This document shows positions 1-10,078 of a DNA stretch of 64,000 bases, in pieces; the stretch's first letter is position 1, and each line of letters opens with the position of its first letter. Source of the DNA: an uncultured Alphaproteobacteria bacterium (lineage in GTDB: Bacteria > Pseudomonadota > Alphaproteobacteria > RF32 > CAG-239); contig CALXVZ010000007.1 in the NCBI GenBank assembly GCA_944392235.1, positions 7,787 to 71,786 on the forward strand, given 5' to 3'. The position numbers and the translations under genes were made by a program. A model generated the notes under the pieces. That model saw nothing but the letters and a program-made list of their open reading frames with translations, ran no database searches and was not told where the DNA came from.

Positions 1-1
1 T

Positions 2-2101
2 ATAGCTAACTTCACCAGACAATTAAAATCTATTGGTTTATCTTTCGACTGGGATAGATGCTTTAATACTTGTGACCCTGAATATTATAAATGGACACAA
101 TGGATGTTCTTAAAGTTCTATGAAAAAGGTTTAGCTTATAAATCTAAAATCGCTATTAACTGGTGTCCGGCTTGTAAAGTTGGTTTGGCTAATGAAGAAG
201 TTGTTGATGGGCACTGCGAACGATGCGGTGCTGAGGTTGTTCGTCGTGAAAAAGAACAATGGATGCTTGCTATCACAAAATATGCTGATAGGTTAATCGA
301 TGATTTAGCTAATGTTGATTTTATTGATCGCGTGAAATCTCAGCAAATTAATTGGATTGGTCGTTCTTATGGTGCTGAATTAGATTTTGATATTACCGAT
401 AATGATGGAAATTCATTGGATCGAAAATTAAAGGTTTTCACTACTCGTCCTGATACTGCTTTTGGTGTTACCTATATGGTTATGGCTCCAGAACATAAAT
501 ATATCAAAGAATTAGCAGAAAAATTCGATAACTGGAATGAAATTGTTGCTTACGTTGCAGAAACTGCGAAAAAATCAGATTTGCAAAGAACAGCTGACGA
601 CTCTAAAACCGGTGTTGAATTAATTGGTATTAAAGCTAAAAATCCTTTTAATGGAGAGCTTATTCCTATCTTTATTTCTGATTATGTTTTGACTGGTTAT
701 GGCACGGGAGCTATTATGGCTGTTCCTGCTCATGATCAGCGTGACTACGATTTTGCTAAGAAATTTAATCTCCCTATTATTCAAGTTTTAGAAGGCGGTG
801 ATATCTCTGAAAAAGCTTTTGAAGAAGATGGACCGCATATTAATTCGGATTTCTTAAACGGTATGGGCAAAGAAGATGGTATTAAAGCGGCTGTCGATTT
901 TGCTAAAGAACATGGTTTCGGTAATGCTAAAGTGAACTTTAAACTTCGTGATTGGGTATTCTCTCGTCAACGTTATTGGGGTGAGCCTATTCCTATGGTT
1001 TATTGTGAACACTGCGGATGGCAACCTGTTCCAGAAAGCGAATTGCCATTAACTCTGCCTAATATCTCTGATTTTCAGCCTAACGATAATGGAGATTCAC
1101 CTTTAGCTAAAGCTACTGATTGGGTTAACACAACTTGTCCGAAATGCGGTGCTTCTGCAAAACGTGAAACAGATGTAATGCCTAATTGGGCTGGTTCATC
1201 ATGGTATTTCTTGAGATATTGTGATCCTCATAATGATAAAGAATTTGCATCTAAAGAAGCTCTGGATTACTGGATGAATGTTGATTGGTATAATGGTGGT
1301 ATGGAACATACTACTTTACACTTGTTATACTCTCGTTTTTGGCATAAATTCTTATATGATTGTGGCTATGTTCCAACCTTTGAACCATTTAATAAAAGAA
1401 CTTCTCATGGTATGATTTTGGCTGAAAACGGTGAAAAAATGTCTAAATCTCGCGGTAATGTCGTTAACCCTGATGAAGTTATTGATGCTTATGGTGCTGA
1501 TGCCTTTAGAATGTATGAAATGTTCATCGGTCCATTTGATCAAGTTGCTATGTGGTCTGAGGAAAGCTTGAATGGTGTTTACCGTTTTGTAAATAAAATT
1601 TTTGCTCTCTTTGCTAAAGTCACAAAAGTTTCTCCTTCTGCTAAAGATTTGCAGGTTATGCATAAATGCATTATAGAAGTTACTGAACGTATTGATCAAA
1701 TGAAATTCAATACCGCTGTTTCCTCTTTGATGACTTATGTTAATTATATGGCATCTTTACCTGAAATACCTGTGGAAATGTATGAAACTTTACTGAAATT
1801 AACTTCACCTTTCTCTCCGCATATTGCTGAAGAAATGTGGGCTCGCTTAGGTCATGAAAATCTGATTGTTGGTGAAAATTGGCCTAAAGGTAATCCTGAG
1901 TTGGCTAAGGAAAATACAGTTACTATCGCTGTTCAAATCAATGGTAAAATGCGTGGAACTATTGAAGTTGAAAGAGATTGTGATCAGGAAAAAGTTATTG
2001 CAACTGCTAAATCTTTGGATAATGTTGCAAAACAATTGGCTGACGCTGAACCTAGAAAAATCATTGTTGTACCAAATAGGATTGTTAACATTGTCTTGTA
2101 A
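2..2101 (+). CDS. leuS: Leucyl-tRNA synthetase (5' end lies upstream of the window)
   Basis: The frame is open from nt 2 (IANFTRQLKSIGLSFDWDR... precedes the listed Met at 104). The translation shows LeuRS blocks including GGMEHTTLHLLYSRFW and the class-I KMSKS loop (EKMSKSRGN). Confidence 0.95.
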   Translation: MANFTRQLKSIGLSFDWDRCFNTCDPEYYKWTQWMFLKFYEKGLAYKSKIAINWCPACKVGLANEEVVDGHCERCGAEVVRREKEQWMLAITKYADRLIDDLANVDFIDRVKSQQINWIGRSYGAELDFDITDNDGNSLDRKLKVFTTRPDTAFGVTYMVMAPEHKYIKELAEKFDNWNEIVAYVAETAKKSDLQRTADDSKTGVELIGIKAKNPFNGELIPIFISDYVLTGYGTGAIMAVPAHDQRDYDFAKKFNLPIIQVLEGGDISEKAFEEDGPHINSDFLNGMGKEDGIKAAVDFAKEHGFGNAKVNFKLRDWVFSRQRYWGEPIPMVYCEHCGWQPVPESELPLTLPNISDFQPNDNGDSPLAKATDWVNTTCPKCGASAKRETDVMPNWAGSSWYFLRYCDPHNDKEFASKEALDYWMNVDWYNGGMEHTTLHLLYSRFWHKFLYDCGYVPTFEPFNKRTSHGMILAENGEKMSKSRGNVVNPDEVIDAYGADAFRMYEMFIGPFDQVAMWSEESLNGVYRFVNKIFALFAKVTKVSPSAKDLQVMHKCIIEVTERIDQMKFNTAVSSLMTYVNYMASLPEIPVEMYETLLKLTSPFSPHIAEEMWARLGHENLIVGENWPKGNPELAKENTVTIAVQINGKMRGTIEVERDCDQEKVIATAKSLDNVAKQLADAEPRKIIVVPNRIVNIVL

Positions 2102-2654
2102 ATATAAAAATATATTAGCTTTTTTGGCTTTGGTTCTTTCCGCTTCTTGCGGATTTGAGCCCTTGTATGTAGAAAGAACTTCTTCTAGCCAATGGTATTA
2201 TAATGGTCAATTTGATACTAGTATTAAAGACCAAATGGCTAGCGTTAAAATAGATCTTATTCAAGATCGTATAGGGCAGCTTATTCGTAATGACTTACTT
2301 GATAAACTTACGCCTAAAGGTGAACCAAAACAGCCTAAATATATCTTGAGTGTTACAAAAATTAATAAACAAGAGATTGATCAAGCACTGCGTAACGATA
2401 TTACCGCTACTCGTAAAAAAGTAATTTATAAAGTTACTTATGTTTTGAAAAATGCTGAACACAAAACTTTAATTAACGGAAATAGTGTTGCTTATACAGG
2501 GTATGATATCTTACGGGATCCCTACTCAACTACTTTTGCTCAGAAAAAAATTGAAAAAAATGCAGCTAAAATTATTGCAAATGATATATCTTTGCGTCTA
2601 GGTGCTTATTTCCATTCTCTTGAGACAAATAGAGGGAATCCTGATGAATATTAA
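2091..2654 (+). CDS. lptE: LPS-assembly lipoprotein LptE-like (start uncertain)
   Basis: It sits in the conserved leuS-lptE-holA position. There is no in-frame ATG after the leuS stop. The best start is TTG 2091 (AGGA about 10 nt upstream), which gives the lipoprotein-type signal MSCKYKNILAFLALVLSASC. The rest of the listed 262-aa ORF overlaps leuS and is discounted. Confidence 0.6.
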   Translation: MSCKYKNILAFLALVLSASCGFEPLYVERTSSSQWYYNGQFDTSIKDQMASVKIDLIQDRIGQLIRNDLLDKLTPKGEPKQPKYILSVTKINKQEIDQALRNDITATRKKVIYKVTYVLKNAEHKTLINGNSVAYTGYDILRDPYSTTFAQKKIEKNAAKIIANDISLRLGAYFHSLETNRGNPDEY

Positions 2655-3669
2655 GCCGGAACAGGTTGACAATCTTGTCAAATCTCTTCCGCATAATATT
2701 CGCGGTGTTGTTATTTATGGCTCTAATGAAGGAATGATTTCTTCTTTATCTCAGCAATTTATTAAAGCTATATCGCCTGATTTATATGATGCCTTTCATG
2801 TTAGCTATCTTGATATGGCTGATATTACTTCTGATGTAGGCGCACTTTATGCTGAATTTAATGCACAATCCCTTATGGGGGGAAGAAGAGTAGTTGTTGT
2901 CAAAGATGCATCAAATTTACTTACCAAAACACTTAAGGAGCTTTTTGCTTCCAGCCCTTCTGATACTTTATTGATTGCAACATCAACATCTCTCAAAACA
3001 AAAGACTCATTAGCTGTTTTAGCCAAAGATGATGATAGCTTCTATGGAATCGGTTGTTATGATGATAGAGATGATGATATTACTGCTTTTGCATCTAAAT
3101 TTATTAACAAGAATGGTTTTACTATAGATAGCAGCTCGTTTCAACTTTTGTGTTCACGCTTATCTAATGACCGAAAAATCAGCGCTAATGAGCTTGATAA
3201 ACTTATTACTTATATGGGAAGCAAAAAAAATATTGAGCTCTCAGATATTTTAACTGTTATTAGCGATACGTCAGCTTCTTCTCAAGAAGATTTATGTTAT
3301 TTTGTTGCTCTCGGACAAACTGAAAAAGCTATTGCATCTTATAATCGTTTAATTTTTGAAGGAGAACAGCCTGTAGCTCTTATTCGTTCTATCAGTTATC
3401 ATTTTATGAAACTGTTAGATTGTGCTGTAAAGATGGAAAAAGGAGAAACTGCCGATAAAGTTGTTTTTGCTCTTCGTCCTCCTCTAATGTTTTTTAGAAA
3501 AAATGCCTTCATTTCTCAACTAAAAGTTTGGAACAGAAATAGAATTATGAATGCTCTTAATCTCCTTTATCAAACTGAGCGCGAATGCAAAACCACAGAT
3601 TTTCCAGCCGAGCAAAATGCAAGTTTCACAATTATGCGAATCGCCAATGGTGTAAAGAGATTTAGATAG
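2644..3669 (+). CDS. holA: DNA polymerase III delta subunit
   Basis: 341 aa from ATG 2644, which overlaps the lptE stop. Length, synteny after lptE and the delta-like N-terminal region (VVIYGSNEGM..., RRVVVVKDA) support the call. Confidence 0.8.
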   Translation: MNIKPEQVDNLVKSLPHNIRGVVIYGSNEGMISSLSQQFIKAISPDLYDAFHVSYLDMADITSDVGALYAEFNAQSLMGGRRVVVVKDASNLLTKTLKELFASSPSDTLLIATSTSLKTKDSLAVLAKDDDSFYGIGCYDDRDDDITAFASKFINKNGFTIDSSSFQLLCSRLSNDRKISANELDKLITYMGSKKNIELSDILTVISDTSASSQEDLCYFVALGQTEKAIASYNRLIFEGEQPVALIRSISYHFMKLLDCAVKMEKGETADKVVFALRPPLMFFRKNAFISQLKVWNRNRIMNALNLLYQTERECKTTDFPAEQNASFTIMRIANGVKRFR

Positions 3670-3716
3670 ATTTTGATTTATTAGACTTTTCTTTTAATCG
3701 TTATTGTATTATTAAC

Positions 3717-3749
3717 AAAGCCCCTGAGAATTCTTTTCTTAGGGGCTTT
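3717..3749. terminator. Bidirectional hairpin between convergent holA and clpX
   Basis: aaagcccctgagaa / ttcttaggggcttt forms a 14-bp stem (one G.U) around a 5-nt loop, with A/T runs at both ends. Confidence 0.6.
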
Positions 3750-3771
3750 GTTATTATTTCTTCAAACTTAC

Positions 3772-5031
3772 TTATGCGCTTTTTTTGTGTTTCTTACGGA
3801 TATATTCTGGTTCGGCTCCTTTATTGATAACATCCGCATCTATCACAATTTCTATAACATCCTTCTTATCTGGAATGTTATACATTAAATCAAGTAAGTT
3901 TTCTTCCATAATAGCACGCAATCCTCTGGCACCTGTTTTTCTTTCTATTGCCTTTTTAGCAATTGCTACTAATGCATCATCTGTTACGGTTAATTTTACA
4001 TCTTCCATATCAAATAATGTTTTATACTGCTTAATTAATGCATTTTTCGGTTCAGTCAGAACTTTTATTAATGCTTCCTCATTTAAATCATCTAAGGTTG
4101 CAATAACCGGTAAACGACCGATAAATTCAGGTATTAAACCATACTTTAACAAGTCTTCCGGTTGAACTTGTTTGTATATTTCTCCTAATGTTTTTTCTTC
4201 TGCATCCTTTATTTGGGCTCCAAAACCTATTGATGTTTCTTGCCCTCTTTTGCCGATTATCTTCTCTAATCCTGCAAAAGCTCCACCGCATATAAATAAG
4301 ATATTTGTTGTATCTACGTGCAAGAATTCTTGTTGAGGGTGTTTTCTTCCTCCTTGTGGCGGAATATTTGCAACTGTTCCTTCGATAATCTTCAATAACG
4401 CTTGTTGAACTCCTTCACCTGATACGTCTCTTGTAATTGATGGGCCATCCGTTTTACGAGTAATTTTATCAATTTCATCAATGTAAACAATTCCTCGTTC
4501 AGCCTTTTCTATATCGTAATTTGCCGCTTGAACTAATTTCAATACGATATTTTCAACATCTTCTCCGACATATCCTGCTTCTGTCAGTGTAGTTGCGTCA
4601 GCAATAGCAAATGGAACATCCAAAACTTTAGCTAATGTTTGTGCTAATAAAGTTTTTCCGGAACCTGTTGAACCTATTAAAATTACATTGGATTTTGATA
4701 TTTCAATATCAGGATTTTGTCTTTTATTATTTAATCTCTTATAGTGATTGTATACTGCGACAGATAATACTTTTTTCGCATAATCTTGACCTATAACATA
4801 TTGGTCGAGAAATTCTTTTATCTTCGACGGTGTTGGCAGATTTTCTTGTATCTCTCCTCCTTCCGCTTTCTTTTCTTCTTTTACTTCTTGAGATACTATA
4901 TTGATGCACACCTCAATACATTCATCACAAATATATACACCCCTGCCGGCAATCAACTTTTTTACTTCGTTTTGACTCTTACCGCAGAAAGAGCAGTGCA
5001 ACACTTTATCGTCATCTGTTCTATCAGTCAT
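3772..5031 (-). CDS. clpX: ATP-dependent Clp protease ATP-binding subunit ClpX
   Basis: N-terminal zinc ribbon (CSFCGK...CDEC), Walker [18 protein letters not shown], and the IGF-type loop region. Confidence 0.97.
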   Translation of the reverse strand: MTDRTDDDKVLHCSFCGKSQNEVKKLIAGRGVYICDECIEVCINIVSQEVKEEKKAEGGEIQENLPTPSKIKEFLDQYVIGQDYAKKVLSVAVYNHYKRLNNKRQNPDIEISKSNVILIGSTGSGKTLLAQTLAKVLDVPFAIADATTLTEAGYVGEDVENIVLKLVQAANYDIEKAERGIVYIDEIDKITRKTDGPSITRDVSGEGVQQALLKIIEGTVANIPPQGGRKHPQQEFLHVDTTNILFICGGAFAGLEKIIGKRGQETSIGFGAQIKDAEEKTLGEIYKQVQPEDLLKYGLIPEFIGRLPVIATLDDLNEEALIKVLTEPKNALIKQYKTLFDMEDVKLTVTDDALVAIAKKAIERKTGARGLRAIMEENLLDLMYNIPDKKDVIEIVIDADVINKGAEPEYIRKKHKKSA

Positions 5032-5040
5032 TTTCTTTTC

Positions 5041-5667
5041 CTATTTTATTACTTCCAAACGATTTTTTACAATGTGGTCAATTAAACCAAATTCTTTTGC
5101 TTCTTCCGGATTCATGAAATTATCTCTATCCATTGCTTTTTCAATTACTGCTAATTTATTTCCGGTATTTTCAGCATATATCTTATTTAAGCGCTTTCTT
5201 AATTCCAAAATTTCTCTAGCTTGTATCTCTATGTCTGATGCCATACCTCTAGCTCCGCCTGATGGTTGGTGTATCATTATACGAGAATTCGGAAGGGAGA
5301 ATCTTTTTCCTTTTGTTCCGCCGGCCAATAGGAATGAACCCATTGAACATGCTTGCCCTATACATAAAGTTGCTACATCGCAAGATATATATTTCATTGT
5401 GTCATACATAGCCATTCCTGAAGTAACAACCCCGCCTGGAGAATTTATATAAAGAAAAATGTCCTTCTTTGGATTTTCTGACTCTAAAAATAGTAGTTGT
5501 GCACATACTAATGATGATACTTCATCATTAACTTCTCCCGTTAAAAATATTATGCGTTCCTTCAATAAACGTGAATATATGTCAAATGAACGTTCTCCTC
5601 GTGATGTTTGCTCTATCACCATTGGGACTAAGGTATTATCGTATACTTCCAATGCACTTTTACTCAT
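5041..5667 (-). CDS. clpP: ATP-dependent Clp protease proteolytic subunit ClpP
   Basis: [18 protein letters not shown], catalytic [11 protein letters not shown] and MIHQPSGG blocks. It lies directly upstream of clpX. Confidence 0.97.
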   Translation of the reverse strand: MSKSALEVYDNTLVPMVIEQTSRGERSFDIYSRLLKERIIFLTGEVNDEVSSLVCAQLLFLESENPKKDIFLYINSPGGVVTSGMAMYDTMKYISCDVATLCIGQACSMGSFLLAGGTKGKRFSLPNSRIMIHQPSGGARGMASDIEIQAREILELRKRLNKIYAENTGNKLAVIEKAMDRDNFMNPEEAKEFGLIDHIVKNRLEVIK

Positions 5668-5761
5668 CTGTCTTCAATCCTTCAATATTATTCATAAAAA
5701 ACTCTGCTTATGGTATTCATATTTATTCAATAAATGGTAAATATTTTCAAGTTTTTTTAAA

Positions 5762-6520
5762 TTATTCTCGTTTACTTTTGATGTTATTCCCCATATAGGA
5801 TAAATCGTATGATAAAATTGTTATTCCAAATGGGTTTACCAGACCTAATTCTTTATTATTTTCATATTTAGCAAATGCAAATTTCATTCTCATTGTTGCT
5901 ATCCAACGGCTTATTATTGGCTTTTCATACTCTGGAGATGTCTCTATTAAATTAAACCTTACTTGCCAAAAGTCGAATGATACCGGATATATCATTGTGA
6001 TTTCAACTTCTCTTCTTACTCCTTGCTTTTGTAATGTTTCAAAATGAGGCTTTTCTGTATTTAAAAAATTGTTGTATATATCATCACTTGATGCTAATTT
6101 AACAAATTGCCCTTCTCCCCATCTAAATTCCATTTCTTCTAAATTATCTCCAATCGTATATCTTTTTGTGATATAATCTGATAATATGCTTTCTGTTACT
6201 AAATCTCCTGCAAATGCTTTACTTTCAGATTGTTCCATTAAGGTTATCTGATAGCGATTATAATCAATTTGTAAAGGAATAATTTTATATTTTTTGGCTG
6301 GAATCATTATGCTTAATATACATCCTAACATCATACTAAAACACAAACTTATGCATGATATCACTACTAGAAATCTTGATGTCCATAAAAACCTACGTTC
6401 CGGAAATGCTCGCACATCTACTTTTTCTGGATAATATCCTAATTCATCCTTTTGAGCCTTTTCTTTATACTTGAATAATGTATAAAACAAATCAAACATT
6501 TGCCCTTTTACCCCTATCAT
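5762..6520 (-). CDS. VirB8/TrbF-family (NTF2-like) bitopic membrane protein, solitary copy
   Basis: Cytoplasmic N-terminus, a single TM (FLVVISCISLCFSMMLGCILSIMI) and a periplasmic domain of about 180 aa. The domain ends in ...RWIATMRMKFAFAKYENNKELGLVNPFGITILSYDL, which resembles the VirB8 C-terminal blocks including the NPxG motif. Confidence 0.55.
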   Translation of the reverse strand: MIGVKGQMFDLFYTLFKYKEKAQKDELGYYPEKVDVRAFPERRFLWTSRFLVVISCISLCFSMMLGCILSIMIPAKKYKIIPLQIDYNRYQITLMEQSESKAFAGDLVTESILSDYITKRYTIGDNLEEMEFRWGEGQFVKLASSDDIYNNFLNTEKPHFETLQKQGVRREVEITMIYPVSFDFWQVRFNLIETSPEYEKPIISRWIATMRMKFAFAKYENNKELGLVNPFGITILSYDLSYMGNNIKSKRE

Positions 6521-6634
6521 TCAGTTATTTGTGTATATTTTACATGAAAGTTGTATAAAATCAAATAAAATACTATTAATTAAAAAATATTTAGTGTAAC
6601 TTTTGTTTAAGTGAAATTTTTGAGGGATTAGCTA

Positions 6635-8491
6635 ATGAAAAAATTTATTTGCTTTATCGGGGCTTGCTCCAGTTTTCTTGTGGCTTGCTCTTCGACAACA
6701 TCGCAACAACAGGTTGTTGATGCTCCTGTTATGTCTGCTTATTATTCTGATTGGGATCGGGCTGTGAGAGCCGATGTTGATCTCCAGAATATGTATATAG
6801 CAACACCTTCTAAAATTACTAAACCGATTGATATGTATATGGCTATGGCTCTTGCATTGAAATATAACTATACCAGACGTCTGGCCTCTTATCAAGAGAA
6901 TCTTGTTAAAGGAAACCTCTCTCCCGCAACCTTACCTACTCTTGCTGAGAATTTGGGGTATGATAATGCTTCGCATTCTTCTGCTGTGCCGGCCGATTTG
7001 AAGATGTCTTGGAATTTGTTAGATATTTCTTCTCTCTATTATCAAAATTCTTTCGCTTCTCCTGAAATTATCGCTGAAGAGAGAAGCAGAAAAGTTGTTA
7101 ATAATATCCTTCAAGAAACTCGTTCTCTTTATTGGAAGGCTCTCGCTGCACAACGACTTATCCCTGTTATTGATGATATGAATGAATACCTTGTTCGTGT
7201 TGTTGATGAACTTAATGCGCGTGCTAATGAAACTATTAAAAATGGAAAAAATCCTTCTACAAATCTTCTCCTGAAAAAGAGAAAATATTTGGAAAGTATT
7301 AAAGAGTTAGCTACATTAAAACGTAAACTTGATACTGCTCAGGCTGAATTTGCAGGGTTGCTTGGCTTTTATCCTTCTACAGAAATCAAACTCGCAGGTG
7401 CTGAATATGGCAACTTTAATATTCCATCTATGAGAGCGAAAATTCAGCAGCTCGAATGGCTTGCTCTTACGAATCGCCCCGAACTTAGAGCTTTTGACCA
7501 AATCTCTTCTCGTGAAGAATTTGAATTGGTTATAAAAGATTTTGATGATGTTGATAACTCTGATTACCGCCAAGATCCTAATTACTATAATAGAAAATGG
7601 ACTAAGGAATCAAATGACTTATCTATGAATGTCTTTGAAGATATTCGTCAACAGGGTTATAATACATACAACTCTTTGGCTCGTCAGCGTATGACTGGTA
7701 TTATTCTTAATCAGGTATATCTCTCTTGGGCAATGTATCAGTCTGCCGTAGAGGAGTATCTCTTGAATATGAGTGTTGCTACGACATCCGAAGATATTGC
7801 TGAAGATATTACAGATAAAGAAGGTGCTAATAAAGCAATCAGTCATTTAGAATCGGCTCAGGCTATTATTGATGAAGCTAATGCTTTCTTATCTTATATT
7901 GACGTTCAAGAAGCTATTGGTAAGCTTTACGCTAGTGTAGGTATGGATGCTATTCCGACTGAAATGTTACAAGACTCTCCATCTGTTTTGGCTGTTCAAA
8001 TCAGAAAAACTTTAGATCAATGGAAAGATGGTATCTTCGTATCCTCTCCAACTAACTCAGCAACATCTTTATCTATTAGGAAGCCTCCTGTAGATATTTC
8101 TTCAAAAACTTTGGTTCCAGATGTTGTTGTCGGAACAGGTTCTAATGTGAATATTAAAATTCCAGATGAGGCTTTTGCTTCAGTAAATTGGGATGGAGAT
8201 TTTTCTACTGTCGCTGGTTCTCTTGATGATGCTGGTTTGCCTTCTTGGTTGAAATATGATGATAAAACGCATACCTTTACTGGTACACCTTCTATAGATG
8301 ATGAAGGTATTCATAGAATTAAAGTTTTTGCTATGGATCAAGCTGGTAATTCTGCTGTTTTAGGTTTCTCTATTACTGTTGATAATATCTATATTCAAAC
8401 TATGGAATATAAAGGTTTGACAGGATATAGAAGAGCTAAAGTTTACCATAAATGCACACCAGGAACTCCTTGTGCTAAAGGTGATATTTAA
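6635..8491 (+). CDS. NodT/TolC-like outer-membrane-factor lipoprotein with a C-terminal dystroglycan-type cadherin-like (He_PIG/CADG) domain
   Basis: Lipoprotein signal MKKFICFIGACSSFLVACSS. Two OEP-like halves (MAMALALKYNYT..., LEWLALTNRPELRAF). A Ser/Thr-rich linker precedes GLPSWLKYDDKTHTFTGTPSIDDEGIHRIKVFAMDQAGNSAVLGFSITV, a typical putative-Ig/CADG signature. Confidence 0.6.
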   Translation: MKKFICFIGACSSFLVACSSTTSQQQVVDAPVMSAYYSDWDRAVRADVDLQNMYIATPSKITKPIDMYMAMALALKYNYTRRLASYQENLVKGNLSPATLPTLAENLGYDNASHSSAVPADLKMSWNLLDISSLYYQNSFASPEIIAEERSRKVVNNILQETRSLYWKALAAQRLIPVIDDMNEYLVRVVDELNARANETIKNGKNPSTNLLLKKRKYLESIKELATLKRKLDTAQAEFAGLLGFYPSTEIKLAGAEYGNFNIPSMRAKIQQLEWLALTNRPELRAFDQISSREEFELVIKDFDDVDNSDYRQDPNYYNRKWTKESNDLSMNVFEDIRQQGYNTYNSLARQRMTGIILNQVYLSWAMYQSAVEEYLLNMSVATTSEDIAEDITDKEGANKAISHLESAQAIIDEANAFLSYIDVQEAIGKLYASVGMDAIPTEMLQDSPSVLAVQIRKTLDQWKDGIFVSSPTNSATSLSIRKPPVDISSKTLVPDVVVGTGSNVNIKIPDEAFASVNWDGDFSTVAGSLDDAGLPSWLKYDDKTHTFTGTPSIDDEGIHRIKVFAMDQAGNSAVLGFSITVDNIYIQTMEYKGLTGYRRAKVYHKCTPGTPCAKGDI

Positions 8492-8502
8492 GGAGTTTTG
8501 TC

Positions 8503-10077
8503 GTGATTTATATCGCGCGTAAATATCCTTTTATTTCTATGGCTTTGTTATGCTTGCTGTTATTTTTAACAGCAGGCATATTTTTTGGAAATAGCTACTT
8601 TTCTCAGATAGATTTTTCTTTTTTTATCTTATCTGCTTTTATTATTACTTATCAGCCTATTCCTTACTCTCGATTTTATCTTACAATATTAATGCTTTTT
8701 ATTTTTCTTTTTTATGCTTTATTTCAATTACCTTCCCTTTATCTACTAGGATATGAAATCGGATTAGTTCTTTATCTTATCTGGTTGCAAAGAAATTCTC
8801 TTCATAACTTAAATTTTGATATTTTTCTTTTAACCTTTATATTGCATCTCTTTTATATCCAACTGACACCTATTGATGTTAGACAACATGATCTTAATGG
8901 AATCCTCCTTTACACTAAAGAAATCTCTTCCAATTTTATAAATTTCAACCCTTGGAATATGTATTACTTCTTTCATCAACCTTTACACTTTCTTGTCATT
9001 TCTGTATTCTATAATTGTGCTATGTGGTTATGGAATTCTTCAACCTTAGCTGCTGATAATTTACAATATATTTCTCTATTCTTTGTTACTGCATCATCTA
9101 TATTCTTATTAAAGATTATTAATCTGCTTAATTTGGACAAAAAAACTTCTCTGATTACGACTATATTCCTACTATTCTCGCCTACTCTTTTTCTATTTTC
9201 AGGATATATCTCTAATGACGTATCTGTTTTCTTCTGGTGCTGTGCGACAATTTATTTTGCTTTAAGTTGGTTCATTTCTTCTCAAAGATCTTTTATTATT
9301 CTTACCGCTATTTGTTTTGCTCTTGGCGTGCTTACTAAATTATCCGCTCTAATGCTTGTGCCTGCATTAACTTTTTTATTCCTTTATAAAATTTTCCATT
9401 CCTCCGATAAATATAAAACCATTATTGATATAGATTACTTTATTATTTTTGCTGTTCCTCTAGCTCTTATCTGGATTGTTCGCAATCATATTATTTATGA
9501 TATGTCTTTTTATAATATTCCTGATACATCCCCCAATGGGCAGAATTTTTATTATATATCTTTTTTGAACAGAATACTTGATTTCTCTAAATTTCTCTCT
9601 CCCTTTATTCATGCACCTCTTATTGCTGATAATAATATTTGGCTTGCTATCATAAAGACTGAACTTTTTGGAGAGTGGAATTTATCTCTTAATAACCGGC
9701 TTATTTTTTATCCTGCTCTTATTCTATATTTCCTAAATATCACTCTAAAAATCTGTGTGTTTTTTGCATTAGTTTATCATTGTTTTAACATTGCACTGAA
9801 GAAATCTAATGTATCTCCTCTTTGGATGTTTTTTGCTATTTTATATATAACTTTATGGGGAAATATCTTTAAATATGCCATGGATTATCCTTATATTTGT
9901 TCCTCTGATTTTAGGCTCTTCGCTTTACTTATGATACCGGAATATATTCTACTTGCTTTTTTTATTAATAAAGCTAATTTTTCCAAAATAAAAGCACAAA
10001 TAATACAAAACCTTGTTGGGTTTCTTGCTATTATCTATGCTTTGCTTTCTAGCTTAATTTATATTCTAGTTATTTAA
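8503..10077 (+). CDS. GT-C fold membrane glycosyltransferase (PMT_2/ArnT-like)
   Basis: GTG start 12 nt after the preceding stop, with at least 12 predicted TM segments. Blocks resembling the PMT_2 family: VRQHDLNG loop, HQPLHF, FSPTLFLFSGYISNDV, GVLTKLSALMLVP. Confidence 0.55.
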   Translation: MIYIARKYPFISMALLCLLLFLTAGIFFGNSYFSQIDFSFFILSAFIITYQPIPYSRFYLTILMLFIFLFYALFQLPSLYLLGYEIGLVLYLIWLQRNSLHNLNFDIFLLTFILHLFYIQLTPIDVRQHDLNGILLYTKEISSNFINFNPWNMYYFFHQPLHFLVISVFYNCAMWLWNSSTLAADNLQYISLFFVTASSIFLLKIINLLNLDKKTSLITTIFLLFSPTLFLFSGYISNDVSVFFWCCATIYFALSWFISSQRSFIILTAICFALGVLTKLSALMLVPALTFLFLYKIFHSSDKYKTIIDIDYFIIFAVPLALIWIVRNHIIYDMSFYNIPDTSPNGQNFYYISFLNRILDFSKFLSPFIHAPLIADNNIWLAIIKTELFGEWNLSLNNRLIFYPALILYFLNITLKICVFFALVYHCFNIALKKSNVSPLWMFFAILYITLWGNIFKYAMDYPYICSSDFRLFALLMIPEYILLAFFINKANFSKIKAQIIQNLVGFLAIIYALLSSLIYILVI

Positions 10078-10078
10078 A

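Noticed and set aside
1866-2090. N-terminal part of the listed 262-aa ORF, which overlaps the 3' end of leuS.
   Set aside because: It is a K/L/I-rich out-of-frame read-through of leuS. The lipoprotein signal only appears at about 2091-2150, so the real lptE-like gene starts there.
3785-5452. Plus-strand ORFs of 99-126 aa inside clpX and clpP (3785-4165, 4786-5085, 5072-5452).
   Set aside because: They are antisense shadow ORFs of two unambiguous, highly conserved genes. Their translations are low-complexity (S/F/I-rich).
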